From Opitutia bacterium (GTDB lineage: Bacteria > Verrucomicrobiota > Verrucomicrobiia > Opitutales > Opitutaceae), in the NCBI GenBank assembly GCA_947478395.1, contig CANJVR010000002.1, positions 1-64,000 of the forward strand: a stretch of 64,000 nt of DNA, read 5' to 3'. Below, piece after piece: positions 17,556-30,285 of the stretch. The first letter of the stretch is position 1; each line of letters opens with the position of its first letter. The position numbers were made by a program, and so were the translations under genes. Under the pieces are notes generated by a model that was not told where the DNA came from, did not search any database, and saw only the letters and a list, made by a program, of their open reading frames with translations.

Positions 17556-19796
17556 ATGACCGCACCTCAGACCTCGCACGAAAACAACTGGGTGGAAGAG
17601 CTCGTTCGTTTTCTACGGACCCAGCCCGGCGTGAGCGCGGTGCGAATCGATCCCAGCTCGCACACGATGGCGGTGGCAACCATCGGCGACGTGGATTTGA
17701 CGCTACTCGAGGAAAAACTCGCGGCCACCATCACCGCGGTGGAAGAGCAGCTAGCGGCGCGGCAATCCACCTTGGCCCCTGCGGGCTATTCGCTGCGGCA
17801 GGAGGGCGGGGGCATGGTACTTGGTCGCGACAGTTGCGTGACGGCGGAAAAACTCTGGCAGTGGCGCGAGCTCGAATGGCCGGAGCATCCCGCCGGCGAA
17901 GCCACCCAAAAATCGGAGTGGAAGATGCTCGCGACGCTCGCGACGGTGTGCGGGGTGGCGGGTCTTGCGGGTGTGCTCTCGGGCTATTTCGCTCCGGGGA
18001 TTCCAGCGCTGGCCCGAGGATTTTTGATCGTGGGCTTGCTGGCGGGCGGGTGGGACGCCGCGGTCGACACGTGGGCCAATCTGCGGAAGCGCGAAATCGA
18101 TATCCACTTCCTCATGCTGATCGTGGCGGTGGGCGCGGTGGCGATCGGCGCGTGGAGTGAGGCGGTGTTTCTGCTATTTTTGTTTTCAGCGTCGGGCGCG
18201 ATGGAGGAGTTCGCGATGGACCGCACCGAACGCGAAGTGAGTGCGCTGCTGAAATCGGCCCCCAAGCACGCGACGATTGTACAGGCGGATGGAAGTGAAA
18301 AGGAAGTGGCGGTGGAAATATTGCAGATCGGTCAGCGCGTGCGCGTAAGGCCGGGCGAGGCGTTTGCGGCGGACGGCACCGTGCTCTCCGGCCGAAGTGC
18401 GAGCGACGAATCCACCCTGACGGGCGAGGCTCAGCCCGTGGAAAAGGGCCAGGGCGACGCGGTCTTCAGCGGCACCGTGAACTTATGGGGCGCGGTGGAA
18501 TTCGAGGTGGCGCGATTGCCCGCCGAGAGCACGTTGCAAAAAATCATCCGCCTGATTCGTACCGCGCAAAACCTGAAGGCGCCGAGCGAACGGTTCACCG
18601 ATAAGTTCGGCACCGGTTACACGTACGCGGTGTTGGGCGCGTCGGCCGCGATGTTTCTCGTGTGGTGGCTGGGCTTTCATCTGCCGGCGTTCACGAACGA
18701 GCCGGGCCAGCGTTCGGCTTTTTATCGGGCGATGACCCTGCTGGTGGTGGCGAGTCCCTGCGCACTGGTGCTGTCGATCCCGTCGGCAATCCTCGCGGCG
18801 ATTGCGTGGGGCGCGCGGCATGGCGTTTTGTTTCGCGGCGGGGCGGCGGTGGAAAAACTGGCGGACATCGACGCGGTCGCGCTCGACAAGACGGGCACGC
18901 TGACGACCGGCGAACTGGCGGTGGTCGGATACGAAAGTTTTCCCGCCGGGCGCGAGACGGAGATCATGGAGCTGGCCTATGCGTTGGAGGCAAAATCGGA
19001 ACATCCGCTGGCGCGGGCGATTGTACGCGACGCCAAGGCGCGGGGTGTGCGGCCCTTGGCGTTGGAGGAATTTCGAAACATCGTCGGCCAGGGTGTGAAG
19101 GGCGTCTTCGGCGGTACCCAAGTGTTACTCGGGCGGCGGGAATTATTGGAAATCGGCCCATTGGCGGCGTGGGCTGGAAAACTGCCGCCGGCGCCCGCGG
19201 AGCTTTCCGAAGTCTGGGTGATCGGCCGGGATGTGGTGGGACGGGTTTTATTACGCGACCAAATCCGGGTGGAATCACGGGCCGTTCTGGCGGAATTGAA
19301 GCGGCAGGGGATTTTCACGGTGATGTTGACGGGGGATCGGCGGCATTCGGCGGAGGCGGTGGCGAAAGAAATCGGATTGGATGAAGTGCGTTCCAATCTT
19401 ACGCCCGAGGGCAAAGTTGCAGCGCTGCAGGAGTTGCGGGCCGCCGGTCGAAAAATCGCCATGGTGGGCGACGGCGTGAACGATGCGCCGTGTCTCGCCG
19501 CGGCCGACGTGGGTGTGGCGATGGGCGCGCGGGGCAGCGATGCGGCACTGGAGCAGGCCGAAGTGATTTTGATGCACGATCGGATCGAAAACTTTCTGGC
19601 GGCCCTGCGGTTAAGTCGGCGCGCGCGGGCGATCATCCGGCAAAATCTTACGCTCTCGCTGGGCGTGGTCGTGGTGATGGTTATCGCGACGGCCTTGGGT
19701 GCGGTGCCCCTCGCGTTTGGTGTCGCGGCGCACGAAGGCAGCACCGTGATCGTTTGCCTGAACTCGCTGCGACTGCTGTTCGGTAAAAATCGCTGA
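17556..19796 (+). CDS. Heavy-metal P1B-type ATPase (P1B-4-like)
   Basis: LTGE, SPCAL, DKTGTLT, SEHP, MLTGD, GDGVNDAP, HEGST. Start moved to ATG 17556. Confidence 0.92.
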   Translation: MTAPQTSHENNWVEELVRFLRTQPGVSAVRIDPSSHTMAVATIGDVDLTLLEEKLAATITAVEEQLAARQSTLAPAGYSLRQEGGGMVLGRDSCVTAEKLWQWRELEWPEHPAGEATQKSEWKMLATLATVCGVAGLAGVLSGYFAPGIPALARGFLIVGLLAGGWDAAVDTWANLRKREIDIHFLMLIVAVGAVAIGAWSEAVFLLFLFSASGAMEEFAMDRTEREVSALLKSAPKHATIVQADGSEKEVAVEILQIGQRVRVRPGEAFAADGTVLSGRSASDESTLTGEAQPVEKGQGDAVFSGTVNLWGAVEFEVARLPAESTLQKIIRLIRTAQNLKAPSERFTDKFGTGYTYAVLGASAAMFLVWWLGFHLPAFTNEPGQRSAFYRAMTLLVVASPCALVLSIPSAILAAIAWGARHGVLFRGGAAVEKLADIDAVALDKTGTLTTGELAVVGYESFPAGRETEIMELAYALEAKSEHPLARAIVRDAKARGVRPLALEEFRNIVGQGVKGVFGGTQVLLGRRELLEIGPLAAWAGKLPPAPAELSEVWVIGRDVVGRVLLRDQIRVESRAVLAELKRQGIFTVMLTGDRRHSAEAVAKEIGLDEVRSNLTPEGKVAALQELRAAGRKIAMVGDGVNDAPCLAAADVGVAMGARGSDAALEQAEVILMHDRIENFLAALRLSRRARAIIRQNLTLSLGVVVVMVIATALGAVPLAFGVAAHEGSTVIVCLNSLRLLFGKNR

Positions 19797-20005
19797 GTAA
19801 AGTCAGTGGATTCGGCGAAAGCAGAAGAGGCGTTAGCCCGCCCTCTTCGATATAGTCGGTACCTGGTTTGACCGCGCGCAGGAAGCGGAGGGCTTTGCCG
19901 CCTGCGCGGAAGGGGGCCGGGCCCGAAACACCTTTAGAGGCCCCGACAAGATCGGGGAGGCGAACGCGCGACGTTGTTAGGGGCTGCGCTTTCGGTTAGG
20001 CCGAT

Positions 20006-20914
20006 CTAGGCGTACTTTGCCGTGGCGACCGCGATAAACGCCGCGAGCGCCGGCTCGGCGTCGGCCGGCTCGCGCCAGCCCACGACCAAGCGGCTTTCGG
20101 GCGCCGGTCCGGTGAGCGGACGAAAAATCACCTCGGACGGAAGGTGCTTCGCCTCCGACGGGCACATGAACGTCGCTCCGACGCCGGCGCGCACGAGCCC
20201 GACGCCATTCGCGCGGGGCCAAACCTCTTCCGCGATGGTGGGGATCACGCCCGCGGCCGAGAACGCCGCCAGCACGCGGTCGTAGAAGCCCGGATTGTGC
20301 GTCCGCGGGAAAAGCACGAACGGCGTCGTCGCCAGATCGCGCAGCCGAAGCTGGCGGCGGCGGGCGAGGGCGTGGCCGGCTGGGAGCAGCACGCCGTTTT
20401 TCTCGCGCAGCAGGAGATGTGTTTTCAAGCCGGGCGTCGGGGCATCGGGATGAAAAAATCCGCAGGCAAGATCGCCGTTGCGCAGGGCGGTCAGCTGCGC
20501 CGAGGTGGGCGATTCATTGAGCTCCAGCTTGATCCCGGGATGCTGCTGGTGAAACGCGCGCAGCACGGCCGGCAGCACGGTCGCCATCGCGAGGCCCGTG
20601 AAAGCGACCCGCACATGCCCGCGTTGACCATCGGCCAGGGCGCGCAATTCGGCGGGCACGCGCGCCAGTGAACGAAGCAACGGCTCGACGCGTTCGAGGA
20701 GCGCCTGGCCCGCGGGGGTGACTTCGACTCGTCGACGCGTACGATGCAGGAGTTTCACGCCGAGGGTCTTTTCGAGCTGGGCGATCTGCCGGCTCAGTGC
20801 GGGCTGGGCCACGGCCAGCGACTCGGCGGCCTCGCGAAAATGGAGGCGCCGGGCCACCTCTCGGAAGTAAACGAGGTGGCGTAGCTCGAAGGGATATTGA
20901 TACTCGCGAGGCAT
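20006..20914 (-). CDS. LysR-family transcriptional regulator
   Basis: [40 protein letters not shown]. Start moved to ATG 20914; the longer ORF shadows leuC. Confidence 0.93.
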   Translation of the reverse strand: MPREYQYPFELRHLVYFREVARRLHFREAAESLAVAQPALSRQIAQLEKTLGVKLLHRTRRRVEVTPAGQALLERVEPLLRSLARVPAELRALADGQRGHVRVAFTGLAMATVLPAVLRAFHQQHPGIKLELNESPTSAQLTALRNGDLACGFFHPDAPTPGLKTHLLLREKNGVLLPAGHALARRRQLRLRDLATTPFVLFPRTHNPGFYDRVLAAFSAAGVIPTIAEEVWPRANGVGLVRAGVGATFMCPSEAKHLPSEVIFRPLTGPAPESRLVVGWREPADAEPALAAFIAVATAKYA

Positions 20915-21049
20915 CACAGACGACTGAAGAGGTATTTCCGCGTAGCGCAAGATTCTGGTAGTTTGACGGGAGCGCGGACGCCCTCGTCCGCTTTCGGTGA
21001 CTTTTCCAATCTGCGGGCGAGGGCGCCCGCGCTCCCATTTTTCCATCCC

Positions 21050-22465
21050 ATGCCCAAATCCCTGTTTCAAAAAGTCTGGGACGCCCATGCCGTCCGCCAG
21101 CTCGCCAACGGCCAGACCCAGTTGCTCATCGGCACGCACCTGATTCACGAAGTGACGAGTCCGCAGGCCTTCGGGATGTTGCGGGACCTCGGCCTGAAGG
21201 TGCTCATGCCGCACCGCACGTTTGCGACGGTCGACCACATCGTGCCCACCGACCAGTTCGCCGAGCCCTACCGCGATCCGCTCGCCCAGGCCATGATGGA
21301 AGAATTGCGCAAGAATTGTGCGGAGTTCGGCGTGACGTTTTTTGACCGCGCGAGCGGCAAGCAGGGCATTGTTCACATTGTCGGACCGGAACAGGGCATC
21401 ACGCAGCCCGGCACGACGATTGCCTGCGGCGATTCGCACACGAGCACGCACGGCGCCTTCGGTGCGATCGCGTTCGGCATCGGCACCAGTCAGGTGCGCG
21501 ACGTGCTCGCCACGCAGACGATGGCGTTGGGCGCCTTGAAGGTCCGTCGCATCAACGTTACGGGAAAATTACGTCCCGGCGTTTATGCGAAGGATGTGAT
21601 TCTGCACATCATCCGCACGCTCGGCGTGAACGGTGGCACGGGCTTCGCGTACGAGTACGGTGGCGAGGTATTCGACCGTTTCTCCATGGAGGAACGCATG
21701 ACGGTGTGTAACATGTCGATCGAAGGCGGGGCTCGGGCTGGTTACGTTAACCCCGACGAGACCACGTTTGCTTACCTGAAAGGCCGGCCGTACGCGCCGA
21801 AGGCGGCGAACTGGGCGGCGGCGGTGGCGAATTGGAAGAGCTTCGCGAGCGATCCGGGCTGTCACTACGATGATGTTGTCACGATCGACGCCGCGGAAAT
21901 TGCGCCAACGGTTACCTGGGGCATCAATCCGGCGCAGGGCATCTCGATCAACGAAACCATTCCCGATGCGACGAAGACGAACGCTGCGGATGAAAAGGCG
22001 TCGATTGACGAAGCACTTGCTTACATGAAGTTGAAGCCCGGCGCGCCCATCAAGGGCACGAAAATCGATGTCGCTTTTCTGGGCTCCTGCACGAACGGCC
22101 GTTTGAGTGATTTCCAGGAGGTCGCCAAATTCCTGAAGGGAAAGCATGTCGCGCCGGGCGTGAAGGCCATCGCGGTGCCTGGCTCGCAAGGCGTGGGCGT
22201 GCTGTGCGTTTCGCTCGGCATCGACCAGGTGTTTCGCGACGCGGGCTTCGAGTGGCGCGAGGCAGGTTGTTCCATGTGCTTGGCGATGAATCCCGACAAG
22301 CTCATTGGCGACCAGCTCTGCGCGAGTTCGTCCAACCGTAACTTCAAGGGCCGCCAAGGCAGCCCGACGGGCCGCACGCTCTTGATGAGCCCGCTCATGG
22401 TTGCCGCCGCGGCGGTCACGGGCGCAGTCGCCGATGCGCGCGAAGTTTTCGCCGTGAACGGCTGA
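21050..22465 (+). CDS. leuC: 3-isopropylmalate dehydratase large subunit
   Basis: [60 protein letters not shown]. Confidence 0.97.
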   Translation: MPKSLFQKVWDAHAVRQLANGQTQLLIGTHLIHEVTSPQAFGMLRDLGLKVLMPHRTFATVDHIVPTDQFAEPYRDPLAQAMMEELRKNCAEFGVTFFDRASGKQGIVHIVGPEQGITQPGTTIACGDSHTSTHGAFGAIAFGIGTSQVRDVLATQTMALGALKVRRINVTGKLRPGVYAKDVILHIIRTLGVNGGTGFAYEYGGEVFDRFSMEERMTVCNMSIEGGARAGYVNPDETTFAYLKGRPYAPKAANWAAAVANWKSFASDPGCHYDDVVTIDAAEIAPTVTWGINPAQGISINETIPDATKTNAADEKASIDEALAYMKLKPGAPIKGTKIDVAFLGSCTNGRLSDFQEVAKFLKGKHVAPGVKAIAVPGSQGVGVLCVSLGIDQVFRDAGFEWREAGCSMCLAMNPDKLIGDQLCASSSNRNFKGRQGSPTGRTLLMSPLMVAAAAVTGAVADAREVFAVNG

Positions 22466-22472
22466 AGCGGAA

Positions 22473-22548
22473 GTTCCGCGTTCGGCGTTTCGGGTTCCGG
22501 ATTTCGGAACTCGAAACAAACGCGGAACCCAAAACTCTAAACTCGAAA
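22473..22548. repeat. Palindromic heptamer-repeat element
   Basis: 7-nt units (TTCCGCG TTCGGCG TTTCGGG TTCCGGA) followed by their inverse. 22473-22482 pairs with 22519-22528; 22488-22499 pairs with 22505-22516. Confidence 0.7.
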
Positions 22549-22565
22549 TCTTTTCTTTTACTTCC

Positions 22566-23168
22566 ATGTCCCTCGCCAAAATCACTTCCGTCACGGGCCG
22601 CGCCGTTTGCGTGCCGGGCAACGATATCGACACCGACCGCATCATCCCGGCACGTTTCATGAAATGCGTGACCTTCGACGGTCTCGGCGAATTTCTGTTT
22701 TACGACGTGCGCAAGAACGCGGACGGCTCGGACAAGGCGCACCCGTTGAACGAAGCGCGTTTCAAAGGCGCGACGATTCTGCTCTCGGGCGCCAATTTTG
22801 GCTGCGGTTCCTCGCGGGAGCATGCGCCGCAGGCGATTCAAAAATACGGCATCCGCGCGATCATCGCCGAGGGGTACGCGGAGATTTTCTTCGGTAACTC
22901 GACCACGCTGGGTATTCCCTGTGCGACGGCCGCTCGCGAAGATATTGCGCGAATCGCGGCCGCTGTGGCCGCGGATCCGCAACTGGAAGTCGTGCTCGAT
23001 GTCGCCCGGCAGGAAGTGCGTTTTGGCGGTCAGACCGCGAAAGCGGCGGTGAGAGACAGTGCTCGCGATGCCTTGGTCAACGGTCGCTGGGACGCGATCG
23101 GCGAGTTGATCGATGGCTTGCCGGCCGTCAAAACGACCGCGATGAAGCTGCCGTATCTCGCAGCGTGA
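22566..23168 (+). CDS. leuD: 3-isopropylmalate dehydratase small subunit
   Basis: DIDTDRIIPARF, NFGCGSSREHAP, AEIFFGN. Confidence 0.97.
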   Translation: MSLAKITSVTGRAVCVPGNDIDTDRIIPARFMKCVTFDGLGEFLFYDVRKNADGSDKAHPLNEARFKGATILLSGANFGCGSSREHAPQAIQKYGIRAIIAEGYAEIFFGNSTTLGIPCATAAREDIARIAAAVAADPQLEVVLDVARQEVRFGGQTAKAAVRDSARDALVNGRWDAIGELIDGLPAVKTTAMKLPYLAA

Positions 23169-23176
23169 TCGGATGG

Positions 23177-23199
23177 GGGCGGGGTGCCGTCACCCCGCC
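23177..23199. repeat. Single REP-like hairpin (GGGCGGGGTG..CACCCCGCC family)
   Basis: Same arm as 49166-49189; may also act as the leuD terminator. Confidence 0.55.
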
Positions 23200-23309
23200 T
23201 AAAATGGTTTTGCCGGTCTGCGCCCGGCCATTGACGGTGGGCGAAAATCACCGCTTGCTGAATATTTCTGAACATTTGAACCGCCGCGGCGTCTCTTTTC
23301 ACCTCCATC

Positions 23310-23912
23310 ATGTTTTTAGCTTCACTTGATATCGCCCGCATTGTCCGCGAAGCCGGGTTGTTGATTTATCCGCTAGGGATCTGCTCGTTCGTGGCGATTT
23401 TTATCATCGTCGAGCGATTCGTGGCCCTTCGCCGCTCCGCGGTGATTCCGGAGGATTTGGCGGAAGAGGTGCTCGAAGGCCGCGCGCCCAAAGGCGACAA
23501 ACGTTCGGCCTTGGGTCGGATTTTGGATTTTGCCGCGCGCCATGCCGGCGATGTCGAAGCCACGAAAGCCTACGCCCGGCTTGAAGTGATCAAGATGGAG
23601 CGAGGCGTGGGTTACTTGGACACGATTTATGCGGCGGCGCCTCTCATCGGGCTAATCGGAACCGTCACCGGTTTGCTCGGCGCGTTCTCGGTGGTCGATC
23701 CGCTGACCCGCATGCCCGATCCGGTGCAGTTCACCGAGAGTGTCGGCTACGCCTTGTCGGCGACGGTGCTCGGTCTTTGCATCGCCTTGCCGGCGCTGAT
23801 TGGCAGTGGCCACTTGCAGCGTGTGATTGAGAAGCACGCCGCTCAGCTCGATGTATTGTTGGAGCGCGTGCTGGCGCGCCAGGCGGAAGCCGCCGCCACG
23901 AACAAGCCATGA
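23310..23912 (+). CDS. MotA/TolQ/ExbB proton channel protein
   Basis: IIVERF, APLIGLIGTVTGL, ALSATVLGLCIALPA. Confidence 0.9.
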   Translation: MFLASLDIARIVREAGLLIYPLGICSFVAIFIIVERFVALRRSAVIPEDLAEEVLEGRAPKGDKRSALGRILDFAARHAGDVEATKAYARLEVIKMERGVGYLDTIYAAAPLIGLIGTVTGLLGAFSVVDPLTRMPDPVQFTESVGYALSATVLGLCIALPALIGSGHLQRVIEKHAAQLDVLLERVLARQAEAAATNKP

Positions 23913-24307
23913 GTCTGCTTCCCCGACGGACGCGGAAGCGCCCCGAGCTGCCCTTGGTGCCGCTGATCGACGTGCTCGTGATGCTCGTGCTGTTCGCCTA
24001 CGTGACCATGCAGGCGCGCGCGGGCGCCACGCTCAATATCACGCTCCCAAAAGTGGACACCGCCGGTAAGAACCAATTCGCCGGCACCGTCACCATCGCG
24101 ATCGATAAGACCGGCGAGGTTTCTTTCAATGGCAAGGTCACGACGGATGAGCAGCTCTTGGGCTTGCTGCGCGAAGTGCGCAACGTGGACAAAGACATCC
24201 CGGTGTTGATTAAGGCCGATGAAGCCACGCAGTTGAGGAAGATCGCATTCGTCATGGATGCCTGCCGCAAGAACGGCCTGAATAAATTCAGTCTGCAGGC
24301 GCGGTGA
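23909..24307 (+). CDS. ExbD/TolR biopolymer transport protein
   Basis: LVPLIDVLVMLVLF, ITLPK, VLIKADE, VMDAC; ATGA overlap with the upstream gene. Confidence 0.9.
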   Translation: MSLLPRRTRKRPELPLVPLIDVLVMLVLFAYVTMQARAGATLNITLPKVDTAGKNQFAGTVTIAIDKTGEVSFNGKVTTDEQLLGLLREVRNVDKDIPVLIKADEATQLRKIAFVMDACRKNGLNKFSLQAR

Positions 24308-24384
24308 CGGGGATGGGGCGCGCCCGCTCCGGCCCGCCTTCTGCCTAGTTGCGGACAGCAGGTGCGCGCGTCCAAATTCAGCTT

Positions 24385-25071
24385 ATGAAGATTCTCATTA
24401 CCGGGGTGACGCGCGGATTGGGCCGGGCGCTGGCGAAAAAATTCATCGCGCTCGGACACACCGTCATCGGCTGTGGGCGAAGCGGCACCGAGATTTTTGA
24501 TCTGCGCATGGACCACGGCGCGCCGCACGATTTCATGGTGTGCGACGTCGCCTTGGATAACAAAGTTGCGATCTGGGCCGCCAAGGTACTCGAGCATGAT
24601 AGCGTGCCGGATCTTTTGATCAACAACGCCGGGGTGATGAATCCTGTCGGTGCGCTTTGGACGCAGAGTGACCGCGAGTTCACGAAGGTCATGGATGTAA
24701 ACATCCGGGGGGTCGCGAATGTGATCCGGCATTTTGTGCCCGCGATGGTCGCAAAAAAGCACGGCGTCATTGTCAACTTGAGCTCGGGCTGGGGCCGCAG
24801 CGTGTCGCCCGACGTTGCGCCCTACTGCGCTTCGAAATGGGCGATCGAAGGCCTCACGAAAGCGCTCGCCGAAGAACTGCCGCGCGGGATGGCGGCGGTG
24901 CCGTTGAATCCCGGGGTGATCGACACCGATATGTTGCGGTCCTGCTGGGCCGAAGGCGCGGCCAGCTATCAGAAAGCGGAAGCGTGGGCGGAGACGGCGG
25001 CCGAATTCATTTTAAGAATCGGTCCGAAGGATAACGGAAAATCGCTGTCGGTCGGTGGCTTCGAGGAATAG
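24385..25071 (+). CDS. Short-chain dehydrogenase/reductase
   Basis: ITGVTRGLG, LINNAG, NLSS, YCASK, NPGVIDTDM. Confidence 0.92.
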   Translation: MKILITGVTRGLGRALAKKFIALGHTVIGCGRSGTEIFDLRMDHGAPHDFMVCDVALDNKVAIWAAKVLEHDSVPDLLINNAGVMNPVGALWTQSDREFTKVMDVNIRGVANVIRHFVPAMVAKKHGVIVNLSSGWGRSVSPDVAPYCASKWAIEGLTKALAEELPRGMAAVPLNPGVIDTDMLRSCWAEGAASYQKAEAWAETAAEFILRIGPKDNGKSLSVGGFEE

Positions 25072-25095
25072 CGCGGTTTGAGCAAACGCGCAGCA

Positions 25096-25174
25096 GCTAA
25101 CGACGTAGCGTCAGGCCTCTCGGCCGGCTGAAACGAGGATGCCAGAGCCGGCAGGCGGAGACGCCGACCGCGAC
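25096..25174. repeat. Degenerate REP doublet (family of 1-173)
   Basis: GCTAACGACGTAGCG..CAGGC left arm and GGCAGGC.GAGACGCC..CCGCGAC right arm, between convergent genes. Confidence 0.6.
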
Positions 25175-25250
25175 CCAAAATGCCCATCGCAAACGTTAAG
25201 CCGCTCTAGTGGCGGGAAGAACAACCGGCCGGGGCGCGAACTTCTATCGG

Positions 25251-27164
25251 TCACAGCTGCAGCGGCAGGCCGATCTCGATGATCTGCGACGGCGTGATCT
25301 GGTAGTAATCCTTCGCGGGCCGCGCGTTGCGGCTCAGCACGCCGTATAGATTTTTTTGCCATTCCCACATGCGGGCGTTGCCGCCGGTAATGATCATTTC
25401 GCGATTGAAAAAATAGGTGGCGCTCCGGGGATTGATCGGCACGCCGGCAATCTTGGTTTTCTCGAGCAGATCGCCGACATTGGGCGACTGCATGTAACCG
25501 TAGCGGCCCGTGACGCGCCAGATACCTTCGCCGATTTCCCGCACGTTAAGTTGCTCGGTGGCGCTGACCGTCGGGATTTCTTCCGTCATGATACTGAGCA
25601 GCACGACGGTCTTGTGCAGACAGCGGTTGGATTTCACGTGGTGTAGCAGTGCAATCGGCGTGCCCTGTGGCGAGCCGACCATGAACACCGCCACGCCGTT
25701 CACGCGCGTGACGTATTGGCTGCGCGCGATGCTGCCGAGCTCGGCTTCGGTGACGTTGTTGCCGTACACGCGGCGGAAGATTTCCTCGCGGCCTGTTTTC
25801 CAGGTGTGCATGACCGCCATAATGCCGGCGCCGATGGCGAGGGGAAACCAGCCGCCCTCCGCCAGCTTGTGCGCGTTGGAGCCGAAGAAGGCCAGGTCGA
25901 CGAGGAGGAACACGCCGCAAATCGGCACCGCACTCCACAGAGACCAGCCGCGATTGCGGCGCGCCACGAGGTAGAAAGCGATCGTGGTGATCGCCATCGT
26001 GCCCGTGACCGCGATGCCGTAGGCGGAGGCGAGCCGGTCGCTGGAGCCGAAATAAATCACGGTGAGAATCGCCCCGATCGCGAGGAGGCGATTCACAAAC
26101 GGTACGAAAATCTGCCCGGAGTGCTGGGCGTTGGTGTAGTTGATTTTTAACCGGGGGAAATAGCCGAGCTGGATCGCCTGCCGCGTGAGCGAATAAGCGC
26201 CGGAGATCAGCGCCTGACTGGCGATGACCGCCGCGACGATGGAAAGAATCGTCAGCGCGAAACGCCCGATGCCGGCCGGGGCGAGGGCAAAGAAGGGATT
26301 CTCGATCGACTGCGGATGCGCCAGAATGAACGCGCCCTGGCCGAAATAATTAAGCACCAGTCCGGGAAACGCCACGGCGTACCAGGCCAGTGCGATGTAG
26401 CGGCGGCCGAAGTGGCCCATGTCCGCGTAAAGCGCCTCTGCGCCGGTGATGGCGAGGACGACGGCTCCGAGCAACGTTGCCACTTGGCCCGGGGCATTTT
26501 TTAGCAGAGCAAAGCCATGGACCGGGTTGAGCGCGCGCAGGATCGAAGGATATTCCCGGAGGTGCCAGGCGCCGAGGGTCGCGAGCACCGCAAACCAAAG
26601 TAACATCACCGGGCCGAAGATCCGTCCGATGCTTTGCGTGCCTTTGTGTTGGAACCAGAAAAGTCCGGCCAGAATGAGGCACGCCATCGGCACCACGTAC
26701 GGCGTGAAGACCGGGCTGATCGCGTTGAACCCCTCGGCGGCGCCGAGGACGGAGATGGCGGGGGTGATGATTCCATCGCCGTAAAGCAGCGCCGCACCGA
26801 TCAGGATCATGATGACGGCTGGGCCCAAGCCGCGGCGCGCTCCGCCCTGCGCGCCCTCCGGGCTGGCGGCCTTGCCGCCGTTGATCAACGCGAGCAACGC
26901 AAAGATGCCTCCCTCGCCGTGATTGTCCGCCCGCATCACGAACCAGATATATTTCACGCTCACCACCAGCACGAGCGACCAGAAGATCAATGACAGGATG
27001 CCTAGGACGCCGGCTTCCTGAGTGACCGCCGGCAGGTGCGCCATGCACTCCCGCATGGCGTAGAGCGGGCTGGTGCCGATGTCACCGAACACCACGCCGA
27101 GCGCCCCCAAAGAAAGGCCGGCTTTCGCGGAAGAGGAGAGAGGAGCGGACACGCTAGTACTCAT
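25251..27164 (-). CDS. kup: KUP/HAK/KT potassium transporter
   Basis: LGVVFGDIGTSPLY, DNHGEGG, GDGIITPAISVL, TGAEALYADMGHFG, AYGIAV. Confidence 0.96.
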   Translation of the reverse strand: MSTSVSAPLSSSAKAGLSLGALGVVFGDIGTSPLYAMRECMAHLPAVTQEAGVLGILSLIFWSLVLVVSVKYIWFVMRADNHGEGGIFALLALINGGKAASPEGAQGGARRGLGPAVIMILIGAALLYGDGIITPAISVLGAAEGFNAISPVFTPYVVPMACLILAGLFWFQHKGTQSIGRIFGPVMLLWFAVLATLGAWHLREYPSILRALNPVHGFALLKNAPGQVATLLGAVVLAITGAEALYADMGHFGRRYIALAWYAVAFPGLVLNYFGQGAFILAHPQSIENPFFALAPAGIGRFALTILSIVAAVIASQALISGAYSLTRQAIQLGYFPRLKINYTNAQHSGQIFVPFVNRLLAIGAILTVIYFGSSDRLASAYGIAVTGTMAITTIAFYLVARRNRGWSLWSAVPICGVFLLVDLAFFGSNAHKLAEGGWFPLAIGAGIMAVMHTWKTGREEIFRRVYGNNVTEAELGSIARSQYVTRVNGVAVFMVGSPQGTPIALLHHVKSNRCLHKTVVLLSIMTEEIPTVSATEQLNVREIGEGIWRVTGRYGYMQSPNVGDLLEKTKIAGVPINPRSATYFFNREMIITGGNARMWEWQKNLYGVLSRNARPAKDYYQITPSQIIEIGLPLQL

Positions 27165-27263
27165 GCAGAAAAGCGAGTTTCTAGCCAGCGGACGGCTTCT
27201 CCAAGCAGTATTATGCTGAAGTGGAAATCTGCTTGCTTCGGCCTGACACGGCCGAAAGGGGGA

Positions 27264-27298
27264 GCTGGATGGCACCGCGATCGCGGCGGTCATCCAGC
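27264..27298 (-). terminator. Hairpin downstream of leuB
   Basis: GCTGGATG/CATCCAGC plus ACCGC/GCGGT stem just after the leuB stop. Confidence 0.5.
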
Positions 27299-27309
27299 AT
27301 GGACTGAAA

Positions 27310-29124
<1,815 letters not shown>

Positions 29125-29138
<14 letters not shown>

Positions 29139-30285
29139 GCACGAAGTCTTCATGCGGCGTGCACTCGAAGTGGCGCGCGGAGTTTGGGGTCAGACGCATC
29201 CGAATCCGATGGTCGGAGCGGTGATCGTTGAGGAGGGCCGTATCGTCGCTGAGGGCGCGACGGAGCCCGACGGCGGTGCGCATGCGGAACGGATGGCGTT
29301 GCGCGCCTGCGGCCGCGGGCCGCGTCCGGGGGCGACGCTCTACGTTACGCTCGAACCGTGCTCGACTCACGGCCGTACCGGCGCCTGCACGGCTGCGATC
29401 ATCGCCTCGGGTATCAAGCGGGTTGTCGTCGGCGCGACCGATCCGAATCCGGCCCATGCCGGTGGCGGTTTTGAGGTGATGCGGGCGGCGGGCATCGAGG
29501 TAATTACCGGCGTGCTGGCGGCGGAATGCACGGATCTGAATTTGATTTTTAACCACTGGATCACGCAGGGCCGGCCGTTGATGGCTGCGAAAGCGGCAGT
29601 GACGCTCGACGGACGCAGCGCCTGTCGCACGGGCGATTCGCAATGGATCACCGGGGAAAAGGCGCGGGCCGACGTCCATCGGTGGCGGCGACTGTTTCCC
29701 GCGATTGGAGTCGGTGCCGGTACCGTCTTGAAGGACAATCCCCGCTTGACCGCGCGCGTGGAGGGACAGCCCGATTGGTGTCCGTGGCGCTTTGTGTTCG
29801 ACGGCCGGCTGCGGACCGTGGTGGATCAAAATCTGCCGCAGGTTTACACCGATGAATTTCGGCACCGGACGATTGTGGTGACGACGCCGCACGGCGGCCT
29901 TGGCTATGTCCGCAAGCTCCGGGAATTCGGCGTGCAGGTGTGGGTCTGCGAATCGGCCACGCAACGCGCGCCGTGGCCTGATTTTCAGCGGCGCTGCGCC
30001 GAGGCAAAAATCAGCGGAGTGTACTTCGAAGGCGGCGCCGAACTGATGAGCCAGCTCGTGCAGGAACGTCAGCTCGACTATTTTTTTATTTATCGCGCGC
30101 CGATCCTGCTCGCGGACGAACGGGCGAAGCCCGTGCTGACCGGATTGCGCACCGAGACGTTGGCTGGCGCCGTGCGCCTGACCGACATGAAACAGGAGAT
30201 TTTCGGTGACGATACCTTGACCCGCGGCCGGGTGGTTTACCCCGCGAAGCTTTCGATCGATGAAACTGTATTTCGCCTCGGGTAA
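29125..30285 (+). CDS. ribD: Bifunctional riboflavin deaminase/reductase
   Basis: PNPMVGAV, HAE, YVTLEPCSTHGRTGAC, TLDG..SQWITG, DNPRLTAR, EGG. Confidence 0.94.

Noticed and set aside
19820..19975. Hairpins between the ATPase and LysR as an ncRNA
   Set aside because: Short stems between convergent genes fit terminators or repeat debris; no family motif.
20915..21451. N-terminal extension of the LysR ORF (similarly 42380-42931 for the Cache protein)
   Set aside because: Overlaps real neighbouring genes; the domains begin at the downstream ATG.
27165..27262. c-di-AMP riboswitch upstream of kup
   Set aside because: The leader is short and lacks the ydaO consensus elements.
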